The notes under the pieces: model-generated
Seen by the model: the letters and a program-made list of their open reading frames with translations, nothing else
Told to the model about the DNA's origin: nothing
The model's database searches: none
Part shown: positions 46,726-56,436 of the stretch, piece after piece
Position numbering within the stretch: the first letter of the stretch is position 1
Layout of the letters: every line of letters begins with the position of its first letter
Source: Thermodesulfobacteriota bacterium
GTDB lineage: Bacteria > Desulfobacterota > Binatia > Bin18
Direction: 5' to 3'
DNA: 64,000 bases
Assembly: GCA_964291405.2 (NCBI GenBank)
Contig: OZ219926.1
Coordinates: forward strand, 3,392,001 to 3,456,000
Program-made: the position numbers and the translations under genes

Positions 46726-48066
46726 ATGAGCGATCTCTCCTCTGCCGAGATTTTACGCCTGACTCGAGAGTACGGCCTCTACGAATGGGCGGCGCAGAAG
46801 GCGGTGAAGCCACTCAGCGTTGACCGCGCTCAGGGCGTCTACTTCTGGACGGTCGACGGCAAACGCTTTCTCGACTTCAACTCCCAGCTGATGTGCGTCA
46901 ATATCGGCCACGGCGATGAGCGTGTCCTGACCGCCATTCGGGAGCAATCCGAGAAGCTGACCTATGTGATGCCGCATCTCGTGACCGAGCCGCGGGCCAG
47001 GCTGCACCAACTCCTGGCCGAGGTTAGCCCCGGTACCCTCAAACGATCTTTTTTGACGTTGAGCGGAGCGGAGGCGAATGAGCATGCTGTACGGATTGCT
47101 CGCTTGGCCACTCGACGGCAGAAAATTCTTGTCCGCTATCGTTCCTATCACGGCGCGACAGCCGGGGCCGTCAGCCTGACCGGAGAGCCGCGCCGCTGGG
47201 GAGCTGAACCCGGTATCCCTGGCGTTGTGCGGGCTATGGACCCCTACCGCTATCGGTGCCGCTGGTGTCAGGAGCAGTCAGCCTGCAACCTCGACTGCTT
47301 GAATCATGTCGAAGATGTCATCCAGTTTGAGGGGGCGCACACGATTGCTGCCGTGCTGATTGAGACCGTGACCGGCACGAACGGCATCATCATTCCACCC
47401 GACGGCTATCTGCAGGGGCTGCGCACCTTGTGTGATAAATATGGCATCCTGTTGATCGCCGATGAGGTCATGAGCGGCTTTGGCCGGACGGGCGAGTGGT
47501 TTGCGGTCGATCACTGGGATGTCGTGCCTGATATTATGACGGTGGCAAAGGGCTTAACGAGCGCCTACCTGCCGCTTGGGGCCATTATGGTGAACGACGA
47601 GATCGCGGCCCATTTTGAAGACAACTTCCTGTATTCCGGATTGACCTATGGGGCGCATCCGGTCTCCTGTGCCGCTGCGGTTGCCACCATCAAGGTGTAC
47701 CAGGAAGACGGTCTGATCGAGCATGCCAAAAAGATGGGGACCGTTCTGGCGCACGAGATGGAACGCTTACGGAATAAGCATCCCTCGGTTGGAGAAACCC
47801 GCTCCATCGGCCTGTTTGGCCTGTTCGAACTGGTCAAAAACCGCCAGACGCGCGAGCCTCTGGCCCCCTTTAATGCGACGGCCGCCGAGATGGGACCTAT
47901 GGCCCAACTCGGCGCGTTTTTTCGAGAGAACGGGCTTTTTACCCTCGTTCGCTGGAACACTTTTTTTGTGAATCCGCCTCTGTGTATTAGCGAAGAACAA
48001 CTCCGCGAGGGATTGGCGATTATCGACCAGGCGCTCGACATTACCGACGCGGCCGTCTCGGCTTGA
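46726..48066 (+). CDS. Class III aminotransferase (omega-amino acid; taurine/beta-alanine type)
   Basis: LDFNSQLMCVNIGH, SYHG, LIADEVMSGFGRTG, AKGL (PLP Lys), GLTY.AHP; AGGAG before ATG 46726. Confidence 0.9.
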   Translation: MSDLSSAEILRLTREYGLYEWAAQKAVKPLSVDRAQGVYFWTVDGKRFLDFNSQLMCVNIGHGDERVLTAIREQSEKLTYVMPHLVTEPRARLHQLLAEVSPGTLKRSFLTLSGAEANEHAVRIARLATRRQKILVRYRSYHGATAGAVSLTGEPRRWGAEPGIPGVVRAMDPYRYRCRWCQEQSACNLDCLNHVEDVIQFEGAHTIAAVLIETVTGTNGIIIPPDGYLQGLRTLCDKYGILLIADEVMSGFGRTGEWFAVDHWDVVPDIMTVAKGLTSAYLPLGAIMVNDEIAAHFEDNFLYSGLTYGAHPVSCAAAVATIKVYQEDGLIEHAKKMGTVLAHEMERLRNKHPSVGETRSIGLFGLFELVKNRQTREPLAPFNATAAEMGPMAQLGAFFRENGLFTLVRWNTFFVNPPLCISEEQLREGLAIIDQALDITDAAVSA

Positions 48067-48145
48067 TGGCTCTTCTTGAGAGCGGGCACACATTAGCACC
48101 AAATCCTCTGTACCGATTATAACCTGAGCGAGAGACGAGGATAGC

Positions 48146-49453
48146 ATGAAAACAATAACGAGGAGATCGCTACTCCGTTCCGGTCTTGCCTGGTGCGCGG
48201 TCGCCCCCTGGTTGAAGCCCCTGAGGGCGGCCGCTGACGCAGACCAACCTGCCCCGCAGATGGCGCCCGGCGTGACCGACACCGAGATTGTGCTCGGCAT
48301 GTCTGCGGCCTTCTCCGGACCCTCCCGGGGTTTGGGTATTGAACTGTATCGTGGCGCCACCGCCTACTTCGACCATGTGAATGAGCAGGGAGGAATCGCA
48401 GGCCGCAACGTAATTCTCAAGACGTATGACGATGGCTACCAACCCGCCCCTTCTGTGAAGAATACCCTGAAGCTGATGCTGCAAGACCAGGTGTTTCTGC
48501 TCTTCGGTTACGTTGGAACCCCAACGGTTACGCGTGTCCTTCCCATGCTCAAGAAGTTCCAGGACAGAGACATCTTTTTGTTTTTTCCCTTCACCGGTGC
48601 CCAGCCGCAGCGGGAACCCCCCTATGGCGACTTTGCGTTCAATCTGCGCTCCTCCTATCGCCAGGAGACCGCCGGTCTCGTCGATAATTTCGTTCGCATC
48701 AACCGGAAACGCATCGCCGTATTCTATCAAGCCGATGCCTATGGGCGCAGCGGGTGGGCCGGTGTCAGGCGCGCCCTGAAGCACTACGGAAGACAGATTG
48801 TGGGTGAGGCAACCTACCGGCGCGGCACAAAGTTCACCGCCAGCATGCGTAGACAGGTCGAAATCCTCAAGGCGTCACAGCCCGAAGCGGTGATCTGTAT
48901 CGGTTCCTACGCGGCCTGTGCGGCCTTTGTCCGCGATGCCGTCAACCTCGGCCTGCAAGTCCCGATTGCCAACCTGTCCTTTGTTGGTAGCGAAAACCTG
49001 CTGAAACTCCTCACTCACTGGGCGCTGACTGAGGAGCGTGGCGATAGCGAGCAGTATACGCGGCTGCTCGTCAACTCCCAAGTGGTTCCGAGTTACGAAG
49101 AAGCCTCCATGCCCGCCGTCCAAGAGTATCGCGACTTGATGCGACGCTATAACCCGCAGCCGCCCATAGAATTGCTGAAAGAACCCTACCTGCCCTCTGA
49201 GCATAGCTTCGTCAGCCTCGAAGGATTTATCGACGCCAAGTTGATGGTTGAAATTCTGCGCCGGCTTGGGGACAGGCCGGAACGGAGTCAGCTCCAGCAG
49301 GCAGTCTTCACCGTTCAGGATTTCGATCTGGGCATTGACGAGCGGGCCTCCTTCGGTCCTGACCGTCGTCAGGGGCTCCAGCAAGTCTACTACACCGTTG
49401 TTGACGAGGGCCGTTTTGTCATGCTGGACAACTGGGAGGGCAGGTTTGCCTGA
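48146..49453 (+). CDS. Tat-exported periplasmic binding protein (branched-chain amino acid SBP fold)
   Basis: TRRSLL Tat motif; 'GVTDTEI.LGMSA.FSGP', 'DDGY.P', 'VGTPT', 'FNLR.SY..E'. Confidence 0.9.
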   Translation: MKTITRRSLLRSGLAWCAVAPWLKPLRAAADADQPAPQMAPGVTDTEIVLGMSAAFSGPSRGLGIELYRGATAYFDHVNEQGGIAGRNVILKTYDDGYQPAPSVKNTLKLMLQDQVFLLFGYVGTPTVTRVLPMLKKFQDRDIFLFFPFTGAQPQREPPYGDFAFNLRSSYRQETAGLVDNFVRINRKRIAVFYQADAYGRSGWAGVRRALKHYGRQIVGEATYRRGTKFTASMRRQVEILKASQPEAVICIGSYAACAAFVRDAVNLGLQVPIANLSFVGSENLLKLLTHWALTEERGDSEQYTRLLVNSQVVPSYEEASMPAVQEYRDLMRRYNPQPPIELLKEPYLPSEHSFVSLEGFIDAKLMVEILRRLGDRPERSQLQQAVFTVQDFDLGIDERASFGPDRRQGLQQVYYTVVDEGRFVMLDNWEGRFA

Positions 49454-49454
49454 C

Positions 49455-50192
49455 ATGAAAATCCAAAAGCTTTTTCAGAAAACACTGTTCGGCGTTTTCT
49501 CTCTGTTTGGTCTGATTAGCCTGTCCACCTCCGTGCTGTGTATTTATACCGTCGATACGCACTTGTCTGAGGAATACGAGAGCAACAGCAAAGACATTGC
49601 CAAGACCATTGCCGATTCCAGTGTGGACATCCTCTTGAATAGGGACCTGTCGGCGCTGCAATCGCTCATCGATCAATTTGTCGAAATTCAGAGTATACGC
49701 TATATCTACATCACGGACGAAGAGGGCGAGTTTGTCGCCCATACGTTTGTTCCCGGTGTGCCTGAAGAAATTCGAACCGGAGACCGGAATAATACGGCGA
49801 CTGTAGAGCGCAGCCTGCCGGGGATGGGTGATTTTGTGGAAGTGGGCAGTCCGATTCTGGCCGGCGTTGCCGGCACCGTTCATGTCGGCATGGACACCGA
49901 TCTGATTGCGCTGAAGATTCAGAGAGCCATCGGTCGCCAAGTCTACCTCATCTCCATCATTCTTGTCGTTGGTGTTCTGGCTGCCATCTGGTTTGTCAAC
50001 TTGGCAGCGAAGCCACTGGGCGACCTCCTCGCCTACGCCGTTGCCCTCGCGCGTGACCGGGACAACGGAGCAGACGACACGCTACTGGCACGCGACGATG
50101 AGGTTGGACAGCTTGCCCGACTTTTTCTCTATTTTTCGGAGGGTGTGCATGCCGAAGATGAACAGCGCGTATCGTCTGGAAGCGATGGATAG
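49455..50192 (+). CDS. Membrane sensor-like protein (TM, extracytoplasmic domain, TM, HAMP) with no output domain
   Basis: Two TM helices and a HAMP-like 'PL..L...A..LA...RDDEVGQLARLF', then stop about 20 aa later; starts 1 bp after the SBP stop. Confidence 0.8.
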   Translation: MKIQKLFQKTLFGVFSLFGLISLSTSVLCIYTVDTHLSEEYESNSKDIAKTIADSSVDILLNRDLSALQSLIDQFVEIQSIRYIYITDEEGEFVAHTFVPGVPEEIRTGDRNNTATVERSLPGMGDFVEVGSPILAGVAGTVHVGMDTDLIALKIQRAIGRQVYLISIILVVGVLAAIWFVNLAAKPLGDLLAYAVALARDRDNGADDTLLARDDEVGQLARLFLYFSEGVHAEDEQRVSSGSDG

Positions 50193-50263
50193 GGTTTGAC
50201 CTTGGAGGGTTTCCGAACAGTGTCCGGACCGCACGGGCGGCTGGCTCGTCCGCTCCAGACAAC

Positions 50264-50317
50264 AAAGAGTAAACTGCCCTCCAATAGACATGCAGATGCT
50301 AGACACGTTTACTCTTT
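50264..50317. repeat. 54-bp palindromic mini-element, copy B
   Basis: AAAGAGTAAACTGCCCTCCAATAGACATGCAGATGCTAGACACGTTTACTCTTT. Confidence 0.88.
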
Positions 50318-50363
50318 ATCTCGCTAGTGGTTGCGGTTGATTGGTGATTGAGGGTTCTTGGAA

Positions 50364-51668
50364 ATGGCGAAACAAAAACAGATGCCGCGTGCGATGATCG
50401 CCCTGTTATGTACGCTCCTGCAAACCTGTTTCGGGACCGTCTATGCGTGGAGTTTCTTTCAGACGCTACTGGTCAGGCAGCTTGGCTGGTCGTTCACGGA
50501 AACGGCCTGGGCCTTTAGCCTTGCGATTTTTTCCCTGGGCATCGCGGCAGCCTGGGCCGGCACAATGTTGCCGCGATTCGGCCCGCGCAAATTGGCCGTG
50601 GCCGGCAGCCTCATGTTTTCGGGCGGCTATGTGCTCGCCAGCCTTGCCCTGCACCTGGATATTATCGAGCTCTTTTATCTCGGCTATGGGGTGATCGGTG
50701 GTGCGGGTATCGGGTTTGGCTATGTGACGCCGGTCGCCACCGTGGCGAAATGGTTCCCGGACCACAAGGGCTTAGTAACCGGGATCGTCGTGATGGGGTT
50801 TGGTGTAGGCGCGTTTCTTTTGAGTAAGGTGCTGGCCCCGCTGCTCGTGCTACAAGCGGAGGGCGACCTGGCCCTCGTTTTCTTGTGGCTTGGGGTTGTC
50901 TTTGCCTGCATTTTATTGCCTTCCAGCTTTGCCTTGAGCGACCCCCCAACCGCTGTAGCCGCTGTGGCAGACGGTCAGCGGAGCGACGAACCCGACTCTG
51001 CTGCTCCCTATCTCCGGTCTTCGGCGTTCATCTTCATGTGGGTTGTCTTTTTCTTTAATATCGCCGCGGGCATCTCCGTTATCAGCTTTCAGTCGGAACT
51101 CATGCAGGAAGTGTGGGGCTTCGCCGACCCGTCCTTAGAACCGGCAATACTGGTCGAATACGGGGCGACCCTGATCGCCGTCAGTTCGTTGTGTAACGGG
51201 GTCGGGCGGCTGTTCTGGGGGCTCCTCTCGGACCGCATCGGTCGCGTCCGGGTCTTCAGGATTCTGCTCGCCAGTCAGATGATCGTCTTCGGTATCCTGA
51301 TGACCGAACGGAATCCCTGGATATTTGCGGCTCTCGTTTGCTACGTCCTCTTATGCTTCGGTGGTGGCTTTGCCACCATGCCTTCTTTCGTGCTCGACGT
51401 TTTCGGGACGAAGAAGATGTCTACAATTTACGGAACAATTCTGACCGCATGGGCGGCGGCAGGGATCTGCGGTCCTCTCTATGTAGGACATTTGAAAGAC
51501 CAATATCCAGACCGGGCCGTCATGTATTGCTTTTTGATCGGAATTTTTATGCTGGGTCTTGGGTATGTCTTCTCGTATTTGCTCAATGATGATCGTATTC
51601 GCCTGCAGCGTCCGACCTTGGAAGGGACGCTCCGGCAGTACGGCATCGCGTACCCTCGGCGCGCGTAG
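50364..51668 (+). CDS. MFS transporter, OFA (oxalate/formate antiporter-like) family
   Basis: 'GTVYAWS.F', 'GYVTPVA..AKWFPD.KG..TG', 'NG.GR.FWG.LSD.IGR', 'YG.ILTAW'. Confidence 0.92.
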   Translation: MAKQKQMPRAMIALLCTLLQTCFGTVYAWSFFQTLLVRQLGWSFTETAWAFSLAIFSLGIAAAWAGTMLPRFGPRKLAVAGSLMFSGGYVLASLALHLDIIELFYLGYGVIGGAGIGFGYVTPVATVAKWFPDHKGLVTGIVVMGFGVGAFLLSKVLAPLLVLQAEGDLALVFLWLGVVFACILLPSSFALSDPPTAVAAVADGQRSDEPDSAAPYLRSSAFIFMWVVFFFNIAAGISVISFQSELMQEVWGFADPSLEPAILVEYGATLIAVSSLCNGVGRLFWGLLSDRIGRVRVFRILLASQMIVFGILMTERNPWIFAALVCYVLLCFGGGFATMPSFVLDVFGTKKMSTIYGTILTAWAAAGICGPLYVGHLKDQYPDRAVMYCFLIGIFMLGLGYVFSYLLNDDRIRLQRPTLEGTLRQYGIAYPRRA

Positions 51669-52028
51669 AGCCCTCTCCCCAATAGCCGAGTGGACAGCGC
51701 TGCCACTTATACCATACACTCGGCGTATGGAGTATGCGTGTTCGCCTGACGACGGTTTCGAAGATGAGGATGATGAGGACGAACGCTGTCCGTGCGTTGT
51801 CCTCATTCGATGGCCACGGCCACCCGTAGTGAAGCCATTCCAGCTCAAATAATCGAGGACCCGGACTGCCTGATCCTGATAACCAAGTCACATGCCCGAC
51901 TTGCCTTCCAGGTCTGTTCTCTCTATACAAAGGCGAGGAAAGTAACCCACGCGGTCAGGGGCATACCTGCGGAGGATGTAGTCTGGTTGTATAGCCGTGC
52001 CTGCGTAAATAATTGAAGGAGAGATGCC

Positions 52029-53762
52029 ATGGCTGAGTTTGATGTCCATATTAAAGGGGGAACGGTTGTTGATGGGACACGCGTCCCGCGCTTTCAGGCT
52101 GATGTCTGGATCAAAGATGGAAAAATCGCTCAGGTTGGCGGTCGGGCGGCCGGTGGAGCGAAAAAGGTCATTGATGCGGACGGACTGATCGTTGCCCCCG
52201 GATTTGTTGACCTGCATACCCATTACGACGCACAGATTCGCTGGGACCCCTGGTGCACGATTTCCGGCTGGCACGGCGTGACCTCAGTGGTTCTCGGTAA
52301 CTGCGGCTTCGGCTTTGCTCCGGTCAAACCCGAGTTTCAGGAACGCTCCATGCTCACCATGACGCGTACGGAAGCCATCCCGTATGATTCCATGAAAGAA
52401 GGCATGACCTGGGACTGGGAAACCATCCCTGAATATCTGGACTCGTTGGACCGCTCAGCCAAAGGCGTCAACTGTATCCAGTATATGCCTACCGCGTCGC
52501 TCATGACCTATGTGATGGGACTGGAGGCCGCCAAGTCCCGTACGGCCACACCCGTGGAAAAGCAAGAGATGCAGCGACTCTTGCATGAAGGTATGGATGC
52601 CGGGCTGTGTGGCTTCTCCATTCAGCGGCTCGGTCCCGACTCAACGCAAGCCGATTATGATGGCTCCCCGATGGTGACGGACATCATGGCGGATGAGGAT
52701 ATTCTGAACCTGGCCGAAGTCCTGCGGGAACGAGACGAAGGGTTTATCCAGATCACTCAATCAACCGGACATATTAAGGCTGACTTGACCTTTCTGGAGA
52801 AGCTGGCGGAAACCGCACGCCGACCTATTCTGCACAACGTCATTGTCGCGGCCCGCAAGGACCCGAAAGTCCATCGCCGGAGTTTAGACTGGCTGGAGCG
52901 CTGCCGGGAGAGAGACCTGCCGATCTATGGTCAGACGGGAACGCATCGGACGGGTTTTGCATTCACGCTGGAACACTGGAATCTGTACGATGCCAGTCCG
53001 GCCTGGCGTGAGCTGACGACCGGAACCAAAAGTGACAAGCTGGTGAAGATGAAAAACCCGGCCCTGCGTGCCGCAGTCAAGCGCGAGACTGAAGAAGCGG
53101 ACCGGAAGCTGCAAGTCATCCAGGCCGGTGTTGGCGGCCCGATTCCAAGACTGGTCGTCCAGACGGCCAATAATCAAGCCGATCTGGAACCCTATGTGGG
53201 GAAATCCGTTGGTCAGATTGCAGAAGAAGAGGGCAAAGACCCTATCGACGTCATGCTCGACCTGTCGGTTGCCGGTGATCTGAATGTCGAATTCCTGGGA
53301 CCGGATCGTGGGTTTAATGCCCAGCATACGGCGGAGATGATCAACGACTCGTATTTCACCGTTCCGGGTGCCTCGGACGGTGGTGCGCATACCAAGTTTT
53401 TCACGGGCGGCGCTTTTACGACCGACTTCCTGCGCTGGTTAGTCCGGGAGGAACAACTGATCAGCCTGGAAGAGGCGCATTATCGGCTCTCCGCCCTGCC
53501 TGCGCATGCGGCCGGCTTCCGTGACCGCGGGGTGTTGCGCGAGGGTGCGGCCGCCGATGTGGTGATCTATAACTTGGACGAGCTGGACATTGAGCCGAAT
53601 TGGATCGGCGAGATTGTGCACGACTTCCCTGGGAATGAATGGCGCCGGATTCAGCGGGCCAAAGGCTATCACGCTATTCTGGTAAACGGAGTCCAGACGT
53701 TTGAAGATGGCGAATGTACCGGGGAAACACCTGGCCTCCTGCTTCGCAACGGGCGAGGCTAA
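52029..53762 (+). CDS. N-acyl-D-amino-acid deacylase family amidohydrolase
   Basis: 'APGFVDLHTHYDAQ', GNCGFG, SDGGAH, 'RG.L.EG.AAD'. Confidence 0.9.
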   Translation: MAEFDVHIKGGTVVDGTRVPRFQADVWIKDGKIAQVGGRAAGGAKKVIDADGLIVAPGFVDLHTHYDAQIRWDPWCTISGWHGVTSVVLGNCGFGFAPVKPEFQERSMLTMTRTEAIPYDSMKEGMTWDWETIPEYLDSLDRSAKGVNCIQYMPTASLMTYVMGLEAAKSRTATPVEKQEMQRLLHEGMDAGLCGFSIQRLGPDSTQADYDGSPMVTDIMADEDILNLAEVLRERDEGFIQITQSTGHIKADLTFLEKLAETARRPILHNVIVAARKDPKVHRRSLDWLERCRERDLPIYGQTGTHRTGFAFTLEHWNLYDASPAWRELTTGTKSDKLVKMKNPALRAAVKRETEEADRKLQVIQAGVGGPIPRLVVQTANNQADLEPYVGKSVGQIAEEEGKDPIDVMLDLSVAGDLNVEFLGPDRGFNAQHTAEMINDSYFTVPGASDGGAHTKFFTGGAFTTDFLRWLVREEQLISLEEAHYRLSALPAHAAGFRDRGVLREGAAADVVIYNLDELDIEPNWIGEIVHDFPGNEWRRIQRAKGYHAILVNGVQTFEDGECTGETPGLLLRNGRG

Positions 53763-53832
53763 GCACCGTTTCCCTTGCGTTTCTCACAACGACGACGTGG
53801 TCGTCTGTTGTTTTCCCATGATTTATAGAGGG

Positions 53833-53861
53833 GTCGGGGCGGGTTTCAAACCCGCCCCGAC
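53833..53861. repeat. REP-like palindrome
   Basis: GTCGGGGCGGGTTT-C-AAACCCGCCCCGAC, which translates as VGAGFKPAPT, the style seen in RAYT-associated REPs. Confidence 0.7.
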
Positions 53862-53957
53862 TCTGTTCAGCCTACGTTCAGCCTGGTATACTTAGACTGC
53901 CTTCATAAGAAAAACACATCCCCGCGAAGGAGGTGAAGAGCATTGAGAGATGAGGCG

Positions 53958-54455
53958 ATGAGTTCGCTTCCCGCAGTTGTTCGACCAGGGGCTGAGCAAC
54001 TGTCCCCCGCACCTCCTTGCCTCCTGTGCCCAGCCTGTTTCTGGAGCGGTCGGCCGCAGTCCCGTCTCCGCGGTTCTTTTGTCGTTGAGAGCCTCCTATG
54101 GGCACTCGGCATGACGAGTATGGGCCTACTGCTATTGGCGGGACAGCTCGTTCAGCTCCTAGTTGCGCTATCGTATCTGCCTGGTTTGGGATACTCAGTC
54201 TGGAGACGGTATCGCCGTTCTGCCGTCTGCCCTCAGTGCGGGAGCGGACCGCTGCTCCCTGAGGATGCCGTGTATCCCCCGACCTGCTCCCATTTTCTTT
54301 TTAGTACGGAGCCGAGGCGTGTGCCGGATGAAAACCGCGGGTGGTCGGCCGCCAGCAAAGGCCCGGCCCATCCTCCAATGCCGCTTCTTGAGTCAGTACC
54401 AAAGAGCAGACGGGCGCCAGGACGAGAGTCAGAGTCATGCGCCCAGGGAAGGTAA
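53958..54455 (+). CDS. LITAF-like zinc-ribbon membrane protein
   Basis: CPAC, then a long hydrophobic segment, then CPQCGS. Confidence 0.6.
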   Translation: MSSLPAVVRPGAEQLSPAPPCLLCPACFWSGRPQSRLRGSFVVESLLWALGMTSMGLLLLAGQLVQLLVALSYLPGLGYSVWRRYRRSAVCPQCGSGPLLPEDAVYPPTCSHFLFSTEPRRVPDENRGWSAASKGPAHPPMPLLESVPKSRRAPGRESESCAQGR

Positions 54456-54575
54456 GCAGCCACTCCAAAAGGGGACATACCGTGCTTACCGTCCGGTGTT
54501 CGGGAGAGCGGAGCATGCGGAACCCCATTGCCGTGCGCGATCTCTGCTCCCTCCTCTTAACGAAAAGAGGCTCTT

Positions 54576-56426
54576 ATGTGGACCAACGTGACACACGCAA
54601 CGAAGGACGTGACCGATTATCAGTTCCGACGGCTCATTGTCGATCTCGGACACGAGCACATTCAGCAGCAGGTCGTTCCCTGCCGCGATCTGGACGACTT
54701 CCTGGGCGGTATGGGGCGTGCGTTTCGCGTGCTCGAACACTATGACGTTGAGGACGCCTATGCCCCGGACGCGCCGCTGGTGATGAACCTGGGAGTGTTC
54801 TCCGGTACGCCGCTGATGACGGGCTTGCGCGTGTTCTTCTCCGCCTACAGTCCGCTTAAAGTCGCCAATAACGGCAAGCCCTTTGCCATGTGGGCGACGG
54901 CGTCCGGGAAATTCGCCACAAAAGTGCTGGCTGCCACTGTTGATGAAGTCATTTTTCTCGGACGGGCGACGCGTCCAGTGTTGCTGTTGATACGCCATAC
55001 CAACGACGCTGGTCTGTCCCTCTCGCTCGAAGATGCGCGGAGCATCACCGGCATGACCACTCATGATAAAATTCTCTCCCTGACCGATCGGTACCAGGAT
55101 GCGCACGTTGCCGTAATCGGACCCGCCGGAGAACAGTGGCAACAGAACTGCTACGCGTCTATTGCCTGCAGTACGGTGAATCAAATCCACTCCCGTGAAT
55201 GTAAGCCGCGATTTGCCGGTCGAGGTGGCATGGGCAGTATCATGGGATCTAAAAACCTGATCGCTATTGTCGCCCAGGCTCCAGACCGGACACGCGGCAA
55301 GCTCTCTCCCGCCTTGCTCACGGCGAATAAAGAGATCAGTCGAGGCCCGGGATCAGTCAACTATCGCGATACCAGGAAGGGCGGTAACGGCGGGACCTGG
55401 CGTAATGTCGCTGGCCTGCATCCGGTCGGGGCGTTACCCGAGAAGAACTTTTGGCCACAAGGCACCGAACAGCCTGTGCCCCTGTATCGGGACTCGATGG
55501 AAGACACTTACTGTATTAAAGACGAGTCGTGTTTTCAGTGCGGCATTGCCTGCCATAAAAATATTTACTCCGTGCACAAAGAGAACGGACGGCGCAAGCC
55601 TGGAAAATTTTATACAAAGTTTGACTATGAACCACTGGACCTGCTGACGGTGAACCTCGGCATATATGATCCGGAGCAGTCTCTCGAACTTGTTGAGCTG
55701 GTCGATCAGGTTGGCTTTGATGCGATTAGTCTGGGCGTTACCTTAGGGTATATTATGGACTACAACGCCCGTCATCCTGAGCAACCGATTGTGGGTGGCC
55801 TAGCGTTTGGCGATTTCGCAGCCACACGTCGCGTGATTGTTCAGGCCGCGGCCGGTGGGGTGCCTGAGATCGGACGCGGAGTGAAACGCCTGTCCGAGCG
55901 GTTGGGCGAACCTGCCTATGCCATGCACTGCAAGGGCCTGGAACTGCCGGCCTACCTGCCAGAAACAAACCCGGGCTATCCGTTCGCTATTGCGGGCGGC
56001 CATATGGGGATGCGGACCTTTCTCCTGCTCGTGACCGAAGGGAAGACCGACCTTGATTACTGGGTCGATGCCATTGTGAGACGTGGCATTTACTACACCC
56101 GGGATGATGTCATTGGACTCTGTAAATTTGCCGGAACGCCAGATGAGATAATTGAACCCGTTTTCCAGGACCTGTACGGAGTGACGGTCACGCGTGAGGA
56201 TATGCAGCATGCAACCCAGCGTGCCTATCTTCGGGGGCTCTTATTAGAACGGAAGCAGGGCGCAACTCTGGACGATTACATGTTGCCCGCTCGGGTCTAT
56301 GAGCAGAATCTGCATGTCCAGTTACCACATTTTCTGACGCCAGACTTTTGGGACCAATTACGCGCGCGCGTTCTCCAGGCGTTTGATGAACAAATTGTCT
56401 CCTATGGTCTGCGCCCGGCCGCCTGA
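54576..56426 (+). CDS. Aldehyde:ferredoxin oxidoreductase family (tungsten/molybdopterin) enzyme
   Basis: 'IGPAGE', 'AGRGGMG.IMGSKNL.AI', CFQCGIAC, 'D..GFDAISLG', 'KGLELPAY', 'GLCKF'. Confidence 0.88.
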   Translation: MWTNVTHATKDVTDYQFRRLIVDLGHEHIQQQVVPCRDLDDFLGGMGRAFRVLEHYDVEDAYAPDAPLVMNLGVFSGTPLMTGLRVFFSAYSPLKVANNGKPFAMWATASGKFATKVLAATVDEVIFLGRATRPVLLLIRHTNDAGLSLSLEDARSITGMTTHDKILSLTDRYQDAHVAVIGPAGEQWQQNCYASIACSTVNQIHSRECKPRFAGRGGMGSIMGSKNLIAIVAQAPDRTRGKLSPALLTANKEISRGPGSVNYRDTRKGGNGGTWRNVAGLHPVGALPEKNFWPQGTEQPVPLYRDSMEDTYCIKDESCFQCGIACHKNIYSVHKENGRRKPGKFYTKFDYEPLDLLTVNLGIYDPEQSLELVELVDQVGFDAISLGVTLGYIMDYNARHPEQPIVGGLAFGDFAATRRVIVQAAAGGVPEIGRGVKRLSERLGEPAYAMHCKGLELPAYLPETNPGYPFAIAGGHMGMRTFLLLVTEGKTDLDYWVDAIVRRGIYYTRDDVIGLCKFAGTPDEIIEPVFQDLYGVTVTREDMQHATQRAYLRGLLLERKQGATLDDYMLPARVYEQNLHVQLPHFLTPDFWDQLRARVLQAFDEQIVSYGLRPAA

Positions 56427-56436
56427 ATATGACGTT

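Noticed and set aside
51745-51800. Hammerhead ribozyme (CTGACGA core)
   Set aside because: No correctly placed GAAA or stems II/III were found.
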